Assembly (NCBI GenBank): GCA_951406725.2
Contig: OX597817.1
Span: 110,360,001-110,424,000 of the forward strand
Origin: Octopus vulgaris
Lineage: Eukaryota
Direction: 5' to 3'
DNA: 64,000 nucleotides
Below are positions 1 through 13,014 of the stretch, in pieces. The notes below the pieces were generated by a model. That model worked only from the letters and a program-made list of their open reading frames with translations, was not told the origin of the DNA and searched no databases. Position 1 is the stretch's first letter; every line of letters starts with the position of its first letter. Position numbers and translations under genes: made by a program.

Positions 1-1072
1 AGGTCCAACATTCTGAGATCAGTCCTCACTTCTTCATCTCATGTCTTCCTGGGTCTCCTTCTTCCACAGGTATTATTCACTTTAAGCGATAGCAAGACTG
101 CCTGACAAACAAAGCCTTGAGGGAGAAGGCAAGCCAGCAACTTATTGAATTTCAGGTCATGAGGAGGGTTGGCTAGGACACACCCTATGGAAACTCTCCA
201 ATAGACAGTTCAAAGAAGATGAAAGCATGGAAGACAGAAACAATATTAAGAAGGTCCACAGAAACTAAAGCACTTGCAGACAGCGACACTTAGGGACAAC
301 TGCAATCCATTGCCAATAATCAAAATAGATGGAGATCTCTTGTTGGTGCCCTATGCTCCACATGGAACCATAGGAATTAACGTAACAGCATGTATATTTT
401 GGCAGTCATTGAGCTTAATGCAATGTCAATAAGCTTAAAACAAGATTAAGTGCAATATCAATGAGATCATCATCAACATTTAGCATCCATTTTCCATACT
501 GGCATGGCTTGACAGGAACTGGCAAGGCCAGGAGCTGCACCAGGTTCCATGGTCAGTTTTGACTTGTATTCTACAGTAGGATGTCCTTCCTAATGGCAAT
601 CACTCCACAGAGTGCTCTGGGTGCTTTTTACATGGCACCATCACCAGTACTTTTTATGTGGCAATAGCACCAGAGCTTTTTTTATTTGGCACCATCACCA
701 ATGCATTTTATTTGCACCAGCACCAGTGCTTTTTATGTAACACCCAGCACCCGTACCAGTGCTTTTCACATGGAACCTTGGTTTTAGGATCTCAGCACCG
801 AATAAAGTAATTAAAAATGTGATGACAAGCATTTTCTTCACATCAGTTTCAGAGGCCCAGTAAAAGATCATGGTTGTAACCCTTCTTTCTCTGAAGAAGC
901 CATTGAAAAGAAACATTTCTAATACTGCTTGTAATAAGATTTGAATTGAAAAATAAGTAATCAAGACTCTAGTTCCTTTAACCTCTGAGTAACCATACTT
1001 ATGTTTTAAAAAATGTTTAAGCATCTTTATAAGTGATATTGTTGATAAGTTAAAGTCATTTTGTCTTTTCAG

Positions 1073-1136
1073 ATTAACTGCTGTGAGATGTGGGATTATG
1101 CGTTTGTCAAGTCCTATAAAGTTTCAATATGCTAAA
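1073..1136 (+). CDS. PMVK: Phosphomevalonate kinase, internal coding exon (64 nt); earlier exon(s) lie upstream of the window
   Basis: ttttcAG acceptor and GTAAGT donor; translates (R)LTAVRCGIMRLSSPIKFQYAK, matching the animal PMVK segment [21 protein letters not shown]; phase joins the next exon. Confidence 0.9.
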
Positions 1137-1172
1137 GTAAGTCAAAGTAGTTAGGTTTGTATGTAATGTATA

Positions 1173-1395
1173 ATTGGTTTCAAATTTTGGCACAATGCCA
1201 ATAATGTATGGAGATGGGGGTAAATCGATTACGTCGACCCCCCCCCCCCCCGGTGTTCATCTGGTACTTTTTTTATTGACCCCGAAAGAATGAAAGGCAA
1301 AGTCAACCTTGGTGGAATATGAACTCAGAATATAAAGACGGACCAAATGCCGCTAAGCATTTTCCCTGTCAGACTAACGACTCTGCCAGCTCGCT
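1173..1395 (-). mobile_element. tRNA-derived SINE, family B
   Basis: Recurrent about 220-bp unit with head GGCGAGCTGGCAGAAT and B-box-like GAGTTCAAATTC; other copies at about 3117-3330(-), 6860-7040(+), 13913-14128(-), 23657-23850(-), 28332-28480(+). Confidence 0.8.
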
Positions 1396-1901
1396 ACGTT
1401 ATGTTAACAGCAGAGTGGCTAAATGTATAAGTTTTTGCACTACAATTCCACAGGACTTGTGTTCAGATCCCTAGTAAATATTTTGACATCATTGTAGACT
1501 TAATTCTTTTTCACTTAGTTGTTGAAAATAAGTGGCAAACTTTCCAAGTTACTTGCTTGAACTAGCACCCAATCAAGGGGTGGAAAGATTTAGTTCTATC
1601 ATATATAAAGCAGATTGGCACAAACCATCAGAATTTCTTAAGGTTTTTAAAATATTTGCACAGATATTGAAAAAGCTAGTTCAGGTGGTAAAATGCAGTT
1701 GACAAGGAACATAACTCTGTTGAATAACATTTGGTTAGCTCCACTTCGAGCAGACATCTTGTCAAACAGTGCTATATTTTTGCGTATGTAGAGCTACATT
1801 TCTAGAGTAATCTGATTACTATTTCTAGCAGTTTGAACGAGTGCATAGAGGTTACTTTGTTGACTCATTGAAAACACCTTTTCCAGTATTTACTCTATTT
1901 T

Positions 1902-2289
1902 TACTCTTATACTTGTTTCAGTCATTTGACTGGCCATGCTGGAGCACCACCTTTAGTCAAGCAAATCAACCCCAGGACTGATTTTTTGTAAGCCTAGTAC
2001 TTATACTTTCGGTCTCTTTGTCGAACCGCTAAGTTATGGGGACGTAAACACACCAGCATCGGTTGTCAAGCAATGTTGGGGGGGACAAACACATAAACAC
2101 GCTCACACACACATACATATATACGACGAGCTTCTTTCAGTTTCCGTCTACCAAATCCACTCACAAGGCTTTGGTTGGCCCGAGGCTATAGTAGAAGACA
2201 CTTGCCCAAGGTGCCACGCAGTGGGACTGAACCCAGAACCATGTGTTTGGTAAGCAAGCTACTTACCACACAGCCACTCCTGCGCCTAT
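1902..2289 (-). mobile_element. tRNA-derived SINE, family A (near full length)
   Basis: Reverse complement of 2723-3113; more copies or fragments at about 9330-9470, 24165-24720, 27170-27310, 37335-37620, 48465-48575, 52213-52425, 53997-54190, 58786-60608, 62583-62745. Confidence 0.85.
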
Positions 2290-2378
2290 TGTAAATAAAA
2301 GATGTAGTTGATTATTTTTTAAATTTGATTTATATAATCTTATAATTATTACTGATTTCTCTTTTTTACATCCTGCAG

Positions 2379-2676
2379 GAAAACAAACTACTGTATGAAA
2401 AATTGAATGATTCTTCAGAATATAAAGAGAAGTACCGAATTGAGATGATAAAATTTGGAGAGGAAAAGAGAAACATTGACCCAGGTTATTTCTGCAAGTT
2501 AGCTACATCTGAAGAATATGGAACTGAGTGTAAGAAACCTATCTGGATTATTAGTGATGCTCGTAGACAAACTGATGTAGACTACTTCTTGCAGAAATAT
2601 ACAGATCGAGTGCAAACTGTCCGAATTACTGCCACTGAAGAAATAAGAAAAGAAAGAGGATATATATTTACAAAAG
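2379..2676 (+). CDS. PMVK: Phosphomevalonate kinase, internal coding exon (298 nt)
   Basis: tcctgcAG / GTAAAA splice sites; ENKLLYEKLNDSSEYKEKYRIEMIKFGEEKRNIDPGYFCK...KPIWIISDARRQTDV...VQTVRITATEEIRKERGYIFTK carries the PMVK motifs GEEKR.DPG.FC, PIW..SD.RR and RG..FT. Confidence 0.95.
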
Positions 2677-2722
2677 GTAAAAGTGTGCAATTATCTTTTT
2701 TACTCGTGTTGCAAAATTATGC

Positions 2723-3113
2723 ATAGGCGCAGGAGTGGCTGTGTGGTAAGTAGCTTGCTTACCAACCACATGGTTCCAGGTTCAGTTCCACTGCGTGGCA
2801 CCTTGGGCAAGTGTCTTCTACTATAGCCTCGGGCCGACCAAAGCCTTGTGAGTGGATTTGGTAGGCGGAAACTGAAAAGAAGCCCGTCGTATATATGTAT
2901 ATCTATATATATGTGTGTCTGTGTTTGTCCCCCCAACATCGCTTGACAACCGATGCTGGTGTGATTACGTCCCCATAACTTAGCGGTTCGGCATAAGTGA
3001 CCGATAGAATAAGTACTAGGCTTCCAAAGAATAAGTCCTCGGTTCGATTTGTTTGACTAAAGGCGGTGCTCCAGCATGGCCACAATCTAATGACTGAAAC
3101 AAATAAAAGAGTA
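2723..3113 (+). mobile_element. tRNA-derived SINE, family A (near full length)
   Basis: Head AGGCGCAGGAGTGGCTGTGTGGTAAG (A-box-like) ... GGTTCAGTTCC (B-box-like), body GGCACCTTGGGCAAGTG, central (TA)n/(TG)n tract, AAAAGAGTA tail. Confidence 0.85.
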
Positions 3114-3644
3114 TATATTGGTTTCCGATTTTGACACAAGTCCAGCAATTTCTGGGGAGAGGTGAAGTCGATTAGATCAACCCCAGTGGTCAACTGGTAT
3201 TTATTTTATTGACCCTGAAACAATGAAAGGCAGAGTCAACCTCAGCAGATTTTGAACTCAATGCAAAGACAGATGAAATGCCACTAAGCATTTTGTCCAG
3301 TGTGCTAAGAATTATGCACATATTAGCAGCTGTACTTGTCCTTGCCCAGATATATATATGTACACATGCATGCATGCACACATACTCGCATGCACACACT
3401 AAGAGGTCTTATTTATTGCACAAAAATCGTGGACCAATAAATCAGTCCTATGTGGATTAAGGGCCAATGTTTATCTCCAGTTCTTTGGTGTTAAGAGGAA
3501 ATACAAATCCCCCATTGCCTGGGTATTTTTAATGACTTTTATTTACTTAACAGAAAAATTGTAATTATACAATTATATCTGGTTTTATTATTTATCTTGA
3601 TCTGTGTGTTTTGTTTTTATTTTTCTTTGTCCCTTTTTTTAAAG

Positions 3645-3784
3645 GTGTCGATGATGCTGCCTCGGAATGTGGTCTGGATGCTGTGGAACATTGGGACTTT
3701 ATAATTGATAACTGCGGAGACAGTAACCAACTTAATTCTCAAATTGATAAAATGATTGCTATAACTTTTGAGAAACTTAAATAA
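3645..3784 (+). CDS. PMVK: Phosphomevalonate kinase, last coding exon
   Basis: Polypyrimidine tract + AG; GVDDAASECGLDAVEHWDFIIDNCGDSNQLNSQIDKMIAITFEKLK* (PMVK motif GVDDAESECGLD); TAA at 3782-3784. Confidence 0.95.
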
Positions 3785-3905
3785 ACCAATTTTGTTTCTT
3801 GGATTTATATCTCCGAGAGATTCTTTTTTGGAACAGCAACCAGGAAACAGATAAAAGCTATAAATAATGGCCTGTAAATATTAGGTTAAAAATAAGTTTT
3901 ATATA

Positions 3906-4237
3906 CAGGGTGATTCAAAAATCTCCATACATAGGAAAAATTTATTTTTTTATAAGTAAGTTTATATGATCCCCTAGATTCCCTGATCTGACCCCTCTTG
4001 ATTTCTATCTTTGGGGGCATTTGAAAGAACGCATCACCAACTCATTTGCTCAGGTATCACCAGATGTGCTATTACTAGTTCACAACGAGTGGGGTAAACG
4101 TATTGCAATGTGTATTCAAAACAATGGTAACCATATAGAATAGAACCTGTTAAATAAAAAAAAAAAACTGTTCTTATAAACTATTTCTTATAAAAAAATA
4201 AATTGTTCCTATGTATGGCGCCTTTTGAATCAACCTG
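3906..4237 (+). mobile_element. Non-autonomous Tc1/mariner-superfamily element
   Basis: TA-flanked TIRs of about 50 bp (CAGGGTGATTCAAAA... / ...TTTTGAATCAACCTG); internal remnant PRFPDLTPLDFYLWGHLKE corresponds to the transposase motif SPDLTPLDFxLWG. Confidence 0.85.
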
Positions 4238-5226
4238 TATATAAATATATATATATATATATATCATGTTTTTGTGATTTTTCTTTTTTGTGTGTGTATG
4301 GTGGGGTTTTAGTTTTTACAAACATTGTATTATAAGCTCCTGTAGAGGCTGAATCTAAAACTTTATTACTATTTTTTACAACTACAATAAATAATAATAA
4401 CAATAACAACAACAACAGTAATATTTTTTTATTAACCACAAAGCCTGACAAAACGCTCGATGATGGTATAGGACAATACAGTGTAGTATTAACAGTGTGA
4501 TTTTATATTAAAATGTGTAATCAAGAGAAACATGAAAAAAAAGAAATATTGCATTGCAACACACTTCCTAGTTTTTGGTTTTTTTTTTTTAGCTATTTCA
4601 TTTCACTAACATCACTAATCCTCTTAAAAAAGACTGAAAAAATTGCTAGTCATCTTAAAGTTGTCTCTGTTATTTTCTGTATTAGTAGAACTTATACAAA
4701 TTTAATTGTTATTCACCACTAAAGGTAACAGGGAACAATTTAATTTGAGTAGCAGTTTTTTTTTCATAGAAATATTTTTATGATATATTTGAACACTTTC
4801 ATGTAATAAAACATTCTCAGGTATATGTTTTCAGTTATTTTGATTTGTTGAAATATTGTAAAAGCAAATGCATATAATAACCAAAAATAAAAAAGTGCCA
4901 TAAGTTGACTGTGGAAGACATTTATTGTAAAAGTTAGACCAAGTAATATCAAAGGAAAAAAATGAAGAATTGACTCATCCATTTTTTTATATTCTGTTTA
5001 TAAAAGTTTTGCCTTTTGCCAATGAAATGATAACTCAAGTTGAATGAAATACTATGTTTAATAAGAAAATGATGATGATATATCTTTAGTGAAAAAGCTA
5101 TTGTCTGAAAAATATATTTTGGGAAAAGGTGCTTGTCAAGGCAGAGAAGATTAATATACTTAACAAGGGAAATCATACTTATTTTTGTAAGACTTTCATA
5201 AATAAGAATCTATTATTGTAACTACT

Positions 5227-5600
5227 GTTATACTTGGGAATGATCATATTTTGCCAACTAAATACATGCACTCTATTTTTGGTCTTCACTTCAGCTTTAT
5301 TATTATTATTTTTATTATACCTTCTGTGACCTCTTCAAAGACTCTTTATCCCATTTGTCTCCTCTTCTACCTATTCGATTCTATCTTTCTGTGGTATGTA
5401 TTCTTATCTGTGCATAGAAAGATGAGATGGAATAAGCAGAAGAGGAGACACGTGGATAAAGAGTTTTTGAAGAGGTCACAGGATGTGTGATGAAAGGGCT
5501 TTGACAAAGAAGCTAAAATAATGATAATAAAGCTAAAGTGAAGACCAAATATATAGTGCATGTGTTTAACTGGCAAAATGTGACCATCCCTATGTATAAC
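5227..5600. repeat. Inverted repeat / MITE-like foldback, arms about 85 bp
   Basis: 5227-5310 is the imperfect reverse complement of about 5517-5600. Confidence 0.75.
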
Positions 5601-7234
5601 AATATCTGTTTTAACATATAATTTCACACAAGAATCTTGCAAAACAAATACATAAACACAATACTTTTAATTGTAATTGTTTTAATTGAAATAGTTATAC
5701 TGTATTAGAGTAACCATATATTATTATTTTTTTAAATTGTTCCACAAAATCAACCTGCATCTTATAAACACTAAGTCAGAATTTAGTTTGATGAGTGGTA
5801 AATCAAGAAATGGCATGCCAAAACTGAGGTTTTAAATACAGTAAGATTTGGTGTGAATTTTCTAGAAGGCTACAGTGATGAGCCAATTCAATGTCTAAAA
5901 AGATAGTATTTGACTTATTGTTGCTAAATATTCAAACACTTCATAGATTGAAAAAAAAATAAGGAAAATTAGAGCTGGCTATTATAGCACAACTAATGAA
6001 GAAAATTAGTACATTAGTCGAGACAGTACAAGTGATGCCCTCTCTTCCTAATGAGACAACTATAGAAGTGCTTAATTAAAAGTAAAAAGTAAGCCGTTAA
6101 ACACTTAACATTCATTGACCTGGAGAAAACCTTGGGCAGGGTGCTATGTTTTGCAGTCTGAAAGAAAACTAGATGGAGATGAATGGATTATGAGAGCTGT
6201 ACAGTCCATCTCAGTGGTGCTGTCAATAATGTGAGAATTAACAATGGAAAAAGCTCAACAGTTTGATGCTACTAAAGTTTCTTATTTTTAAAGAATTATC
6301 TTTCACTTGAAACTGTTGATATTATTACTGCAGTAATTGGGAGTGACTCCTTTCAATATGCTCTGCTTAAATATATGTGTTGTATCTGTTCTACTTCCTG
6401 GATATTTTCATTATCTCACTGATTATCCCTGATGACATGGCTGTTTTCTTTGCCTTCACATCCTTAATGAATGACTATTTCAACGGTATTATTGTTGAAT
6501 TCAATAGGTTGTCACTCTGTTGGATCTACTCAGGTTAATGTCTCTTTCCCAACTGTTCTCATTCAGAAAACTCTAGGTATGGGTAACAACAGTAAATATA
6601 GTAAAGTTTGCCTTCTGTTTATCTGGGATTTTTAAAAAATGATTGCAAACCAAATCCAAAAAAGAAATTGACTATACCCATTCAGTTGGAATTGTATGTA
6701 ATCCAAGTATTGGCAGTTTAAGGGAACCAAGTTTATGGCATTGTTTAAATCCATTCATGAAACTATTTCATTTCTATCACATTACTAATACTCTTGAAAA
6801 AAGGCAAGAGTGTCACAGCATCCTATTTTTGCATCCTATAGAAATCTGTTTTCAGCATGCCAGACAAAATACTTAGCTGTGTTTCTTCTGGCTTTATATT
6901 CTGAGTTCAAATTCCACTGAAGCTGCCTTTACCTTTCATCATTTCAGGGTCAACAAAATAAGTACATGTGCAGCACTAGGGTCAATGTAATCAACTAGCC
7001 CCTCTTCCAATATTTCAAGCTTTGTGCCTACAGTAGAAAGACAAAATGTTTAGTGCCATTTCTTATGTGGCCAGGGTTTGACAGGTTATGCAGTGTACTG
7101 GAGACTGTTTGTCTGTGGGTCTCTAGAACAAAAGGACAAGGAGAATTCATGGAAGTATCACACAAAATCTATGCACCAGATGTGGATACTGAGAAGTGCT
7201 TGAAGTTGTACTGGCTGAATTCCGTAAACCAAAT

Positions 7235-7660
7235 GGCACAGTTAGGAATTCGAAGGCACCAAAAGGAGTGGAATATCCTCTGGATTCACAGGAATCTGAT
7301 GGTATGCCTTAACCAAGTCCAGTTTGGTGAACACTCGGCAGTTGTGGAGAGATAAAGCAAAATCGTGAATGTGGGGTATTGAGTACCTGTCTGACACTGT
7401 GATAGAGTTTAATCACCTGTAGTTACCAGTCCCCGGAACACTTTGGAACCATGTGCAAGGGTGACGCCCAGGAGCTATTAGAGGGGTAGATGATGCCCAA
7501 CTGGAGCATGTGGTTAAATTCTGCCTTAGCCACTTTTAGCTTCTCTGAAGAGTGGCAGTGAGGGCAAGAAAAAACCAGAGCACATTTAGTTTCAATGAAA
7601 TGGGTGGTGGTGTGCATTGGAGCAGCAGTAGAAAACTTTAGGTTAGTCAGCTCCGGATAT
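7235..7660 (-). mobile_element. Gypsy/Ty3 LTR retrotransposon pol remnant
   Basis: KLKVAKAEFNHMLQLGIIYPSNSSWASPLHMVPKCSGDW is the N-terminal RT motif (SxWASPLHMVPK..GDWR); frameshifted and contains stops. Confidence 0.8.
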
Positions 7661-10189
7661 GAGTTTCATTGCTGCCATGGACAACCCATATGTGTTTGAG
7701 AAATGTATAGAAATTCTGGAAATTTTTCTTTGCCATAAATTCATACATTTCTCAATTCATAAATTTGTCGACACGAGACGATTGCCCAATGATCCATTGA
7801 CATACTTCAACCGTTTTTTTATTCTTTTTATTCGGGACCAATAGGCCTCAATGTGGTTTGTGCAATTGTCGGTTTCAGGGTCAACGAAGTTCTGTAAATG
7901 GTTTACCGTTCAGTGAATATAGCCAAGTTGCTGTAAATTTCTATAGCTGTCCCATTTATCAGTATGAATTACAGTACCAGGCAACACATTTTCTATTATC
8001 ACAGTTTCCACTGTTGCTGTGCTTCTGTCGGGTATGCACTGTAAAAATCCTTTCTTCACAGTGGTGTTAAAACACCCAACAACCCACATTTGATGGCCTA
8101 TCCTCCCTTTGTCATATTACTGTGGGAAATTACTCTGAAAGTTATCACAGTTTTGTGAAGTTTGGCTGTTATTTCTAGTATGTGGATAGCCTGCTTGAAG
8201 GCCAAGGCTGTAGTATCAGGAGGGATTGGGATATATTTCTTTTTCTTTTGAAAAATTGAAATTTTACAAACAATTTGCTTTCAGAATCATAATCTCTGTA
8301 TGTTTCGCAAAAAAAAAAAAAAAAAAATTCTGGTAAAAGTGAAAAATGAAGAAATAGGGTTGAGATTGAAACTTTGAAGTTGCGATTTTTGAGAATTTTT
8401 TTCAGAATTGGAATTTCCATAGCGCTGAAAATGTGGGATTCCATAAAAAAAATATTTTAAAGGTGGGGAGGGGCCGTTTACATCACCTTGTGCACCGTTT
8501 ATTCTGTATTCACCTTTTGTGGTGGAAACATGTATGTAGTATGATATAAAAACATGGGTGTTTACATACAAAGTTTTGATTTTTGGTTTTGCATTGAAGG
8601 AGGTAACATATAATATCTGTATTACAGTATGTGTGTAATGAGAACAGTCATTTTGAGAATGTGTATGTAATAAAATATCTTTGTTTACAAATCATATATC
8701 TTGTGTTGAGGTGAATAGACATGTGAGTCGCACGCGGGAGAATACACATGGAGCTACAGAGAAGACATGTGTCTTTGAACGAAACCTGGCAGGGACTGAG
8801 AATTTCTACCGTGTAGCGTCTCAGAACAAGGCTACTTTATCAAAGCGAGGCTAGCTGCCTCATCGATATATTCATCTGCTGTGCAGGTCAACTCACATAT
8901 TACAATGCCTAAGTTATGTAGCTCTGCTACAAGTTGAAATATGTTTGTCACGTATTTCAACTGCTAAAAGACAAATACTCTGTAGTTACTTATGGAGACA
9001 TATTTCAACTAACCTAAATTCTGCTCATACCGAAACATTGCTTTGCACACTGGACTGGCTCCTGGGCAGGTGGCATGTAAAAAAAACACCATTTGAGCAT
9101 GGCCATTGCCAGTACTCCCTGACTGCCCCTCATGCCGGTGGCACGTAAAAGCACCCACTACACTCTTGGAGTGGTTGGCGTTAGGAAGGGCATCCAGCTG
9201 TAGAAACTCTACGAGATCAGATTGGAGCCAGCTGCAGCCATCTGATTCACCAGTCCTCAGTCAAATCGTCCAACCCATACTAGTAGGGAAAGCAGGCGTT
9301 AAACGATGATTATGATGGTATATATATATACACGATGAGCTTCTTTCAGTTTCCGTCTATCAAATCCCCTTGCAAGGCTTTGGTTGGCCTGGGGCTATAG
9401 CAGAAAACACAGAACCCAAAACCACTGTTGGGAAGCAAACTTCTTACCACTCAACTGTGTATGTGCCTATATTATCTGATAAACAAGCTACAAATTTATA
9501 AGATGATTTGATTCATCCCCAAACCCATCTTGTAATAATTTTTAATTATGCTTGGAATACATGCTTGGAATTTATTTTATTAGCTCCATGTGGAGGAAAG
9601 ACAAAGCTGACCATTACTTCTTTGGACCCTCAATTCCTTGATGTGACATACAGCATATCCTGAGAATTTGAGACCTAACAGAACCCTCTCTCTACATGTC
9701 TAATTATAGCTAAATATTTCCAAAAGAGAGACACACAAGAAAACGAGTGAGAGAAAGGGAAGAATCGACTCCGATATAGGAATGGTACTTTATTTTTCCT
9801 ACCCTGAAAGGATAAAAGGTAAAGATGAACTTAGTTGCGATTTGAACTCGGAGAGTAGACATCCTGAACAATGACTGCAAATCAATGTTGATATTCCAAT
9901 AACTATGTCATTTAACCAGTATAGAATTGATAGTAGCAGTATTCGAAGTTAGAAGGAAATAACAGAATGAAACTAGTAATTATTTTTAAGATGACAGTCT
10001 TGCAGTATTTAAAATCAAGCATTTCGAGTTCATGATCTGTCACCGATAAATTGATCATGTATTGCAAAGGCACTTAATTTCTAAATGACCCAGTTCACCT
10101 ATGTAAATAAGTACCACAGACAAAGAAAATCGTCTACATCTATTTTTTACAGCAGTCTAACAACATCCACAGGAACACTCTTATGTCAA

Positions 10190-10404
10190 AAGGCCGACAC
10201 GCGCGTCATCATCAACCTCTCTTTACTCGCCGTTGCCATGGTCATAAGCAAACAGAACATACATAGAAGTAACTGCGCATGTGCACACCCTTTTTCATCA
10301 AACATAGACGGTCATAGATAAATAAACTTTTTTCCGAGTAAATTTTCCTAGAAAAACTGTTCGTTGGTAATTAATTCACTAAATTACACTCTATAAGATT
10401 CCAG
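10190..10404 (+). promoter_or_regulatory. Probable IFT57 promoter and non-coding first exon (donor CAG|GTAAAT after 10404)
   Basis: Local CpG enrichment; X-box-like GTTGCCATGGTCAT at 10232-10245; NRF1-like TGCGCATGTGCA at 10274-10285; the ATG exon begins with a splice acceptor 12 nt before the ATG, implying an upstream exon. Confidence 0.6.
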
Positions 10405-13014
10405 GTAAATAGTATGCTTGCTTTTGTTAATTTTTTTAATTATCCTTGGTTTTTAAAACTTACCTTCGTCAATCTTACAGCTACACTTATTCTTCGATGC
10501 TATGAAAAAGTTTGTTCAGCATTCTTCACTTGAGTAATCGGCAATCTTTGGTTTTAAAGATCGCATGGTATTCTTTCCAACATCTAATCCTCGACCCTGT
10601 TTCGCCGATTTCACTTAACTCATATCGTTAATATTGTTTATGAGGGGGAAACGTAAACTTCACATTATCTTATTCTTCTTACCTATAAATATATTAACTG
10701 AATTGAGTAACAGCAATGTTTGATATTATTTTTTAATAACAAAACCTTGAAAATAAAACATCTCTGCTGTGATGAGATGGATGACCGAATTGGTTGAATG
10801 CCGGATAGAATATTTTTTTCTGGATGAACACCAGTGAAGTATTGAAAATGATACTTGCTCCAATGCTAGAAATCCATTATTCTACTCAATATATATTTTC
10901 CATCTCTCTATCTGCAACCAGTTTAGTAAGTTATTGTCTAGCTCCATGTCAGTTCTGATCGCACAGACCAATGTGTAAAATTGCTCCATCCGTGACTATC
11001 CCGTCATTTGATTCAAGTATCACGTTCTCCAATGCGTTCCTACTTTTTTTTTAAGACAATAGGATGAGTGTGATTTGAGTGAAGTTTGGCTTGGCCGATG
11101 AATGGAGTTAATTGCTCAACTCTTCTTAGAATTATCCGCTATTTAAGGGATTAGATTTATTAACGTCAGTAAACAACATGGGAGTTATACCATTCACGCC
11201 TTTCATACTAGTATTAGGGATATGAGTGAATTGTGCTAATGCTACAGATAATGCTATAATATGTATTTATTTTAATATATTTGTCTTCTACTACAATTCT
11301 ATTCACTTGTTGGATGCATTAGAGGTGTATAAATCGATCCAGTATCAATCAATCAAACTGGAAGGTTGAAAAGCAACGTTACCACAGCAGGACTTGAACT
11401 CAGAATGTAAAGGACTAAGTATTCAGTCAGACGCTTTAACGATTGTCACTCCACTACCATATACTGGCTCAAAATATTGTTTGTTTTATTTTTACATAGG
11501 TGCAACGAATCCATATTTCTTTTATGGCTACATCTAGGAATCAAATGGGTCACAAATATAGCACGTTAATAGCTTTTAGCCTAGCCTTGAGCCTTACAAT
11601 ATTTTACCTTACGAATATTTTTATTTTCATATATAACATATAAGCATGTACATCTTTTAGAACATTATCATCTTATAAGAGTTTGCTGGCAAATTTTAAA
11701 ATTAACATAAACGTTTATTTATATGAAAGAAAATTACTGGAGAACTTTCTTCTAATTCTTCCAAATCTTTTTGCAATTTCAGTTTTGCACTAAAGAATAG
11801 AAAGTAAGCCGAGATTTTATCGTAGGTTCAAACCTTCGTTGAAACAATTTCCATTCACTTGCTCCACTGATGCCCTTGATAAAGGCACTAATACTGCAAT
11901 ATCTCATTTTGCATTTCTATAAACTTAAGGACCTGAAAATAGTAAAAAAAAGAAAATGATGAACTAGTATAGCATTTTATGTCAGTCAATACTGAACAAC
12001 TGTAAATGATTTTTGGTGGAATCTTATACAGTGCAATTTTCACTTCACATCATTCATCTGCACAGTCAATAAAATAACTATTAATAAAATTAACGTACAT
12101 CCTTCTTTTTTCTGTGTATGAAAACAATATCTTCAGATGTTTCAAAGCTAGAGACTTTAAAAAAAAGTTGTAGCTTAACTGTTTCAGATTTGTCTTGGGT
12201 CTTATTATTAAGATATTTGAGTTGAATGGATTGATTAACATACAAAATAATCTTTATTAATATATAAAGATCATGTCAAAGAGTAATTATATTAAAGAAT
12301 AAAACTGTTGTAACCTGTCTTTTTTTTAAATGATTATAAAATTATAAATGAACTGAAATATTCAAATCTAAATTTCAGGCCATGCATAAAATATTTAAAG
12401 TAAATGGTTCTCCAATGAATATTCATTGAATTAGCATGTTAGTGGCTGAATATTCCAGAGATGTTTGTGCCTTTACCATAATCCTTAGGCAGAATCAGCA
12501 TCGCAAATTGTGTAATAAGTCTGGTCCTTTCAATTATAATCTATCTATTGATTTTCTGCGCAGTTTCTGCCTACCGAATTGCATCAAATGCTTGATTGAG
12601 CAATCATGAGAGGGTGAAATCCTGGACATAATGATTGCAAAGTGAACTTCACCATTAAGCCATGCTTATGTTCATACTACTCTTACACATGTTTTTGTTT
12701 AGCCCATGTTAGCTTTGATATGGCATTCTATATAATTCAGTCACTCAATTCAGTGTTTTTCCCTTTTAACCCAGCTAAAACTACCTCTGGTTCTTTAATA
12801 TGAACTTCCTGTTTTAAAGTGATTAAAAATCCTTCATGAAAATTTCATGTTAATTTATGCACCAAATACCAACTTCATTATGACAAAGTTATTTCATTAA
12901 ATTCTTCTTGATTTTCAAAATTAATTGTTAAAAAATTTCATTTATTTCATGACTTTCAAGAAGACTGAAATTTCTGATCTCTAATTTTCTTTTGGTTCCT
13001 AGTTGCCTTTTAAA

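Noticed and set aside
8704-9040. Solo LTR of the nearby Gypsy remnant
   Set aside because: It starts with TG and is CpG-richer than its flanks, but I found no matching CA end, TSD or second copy.
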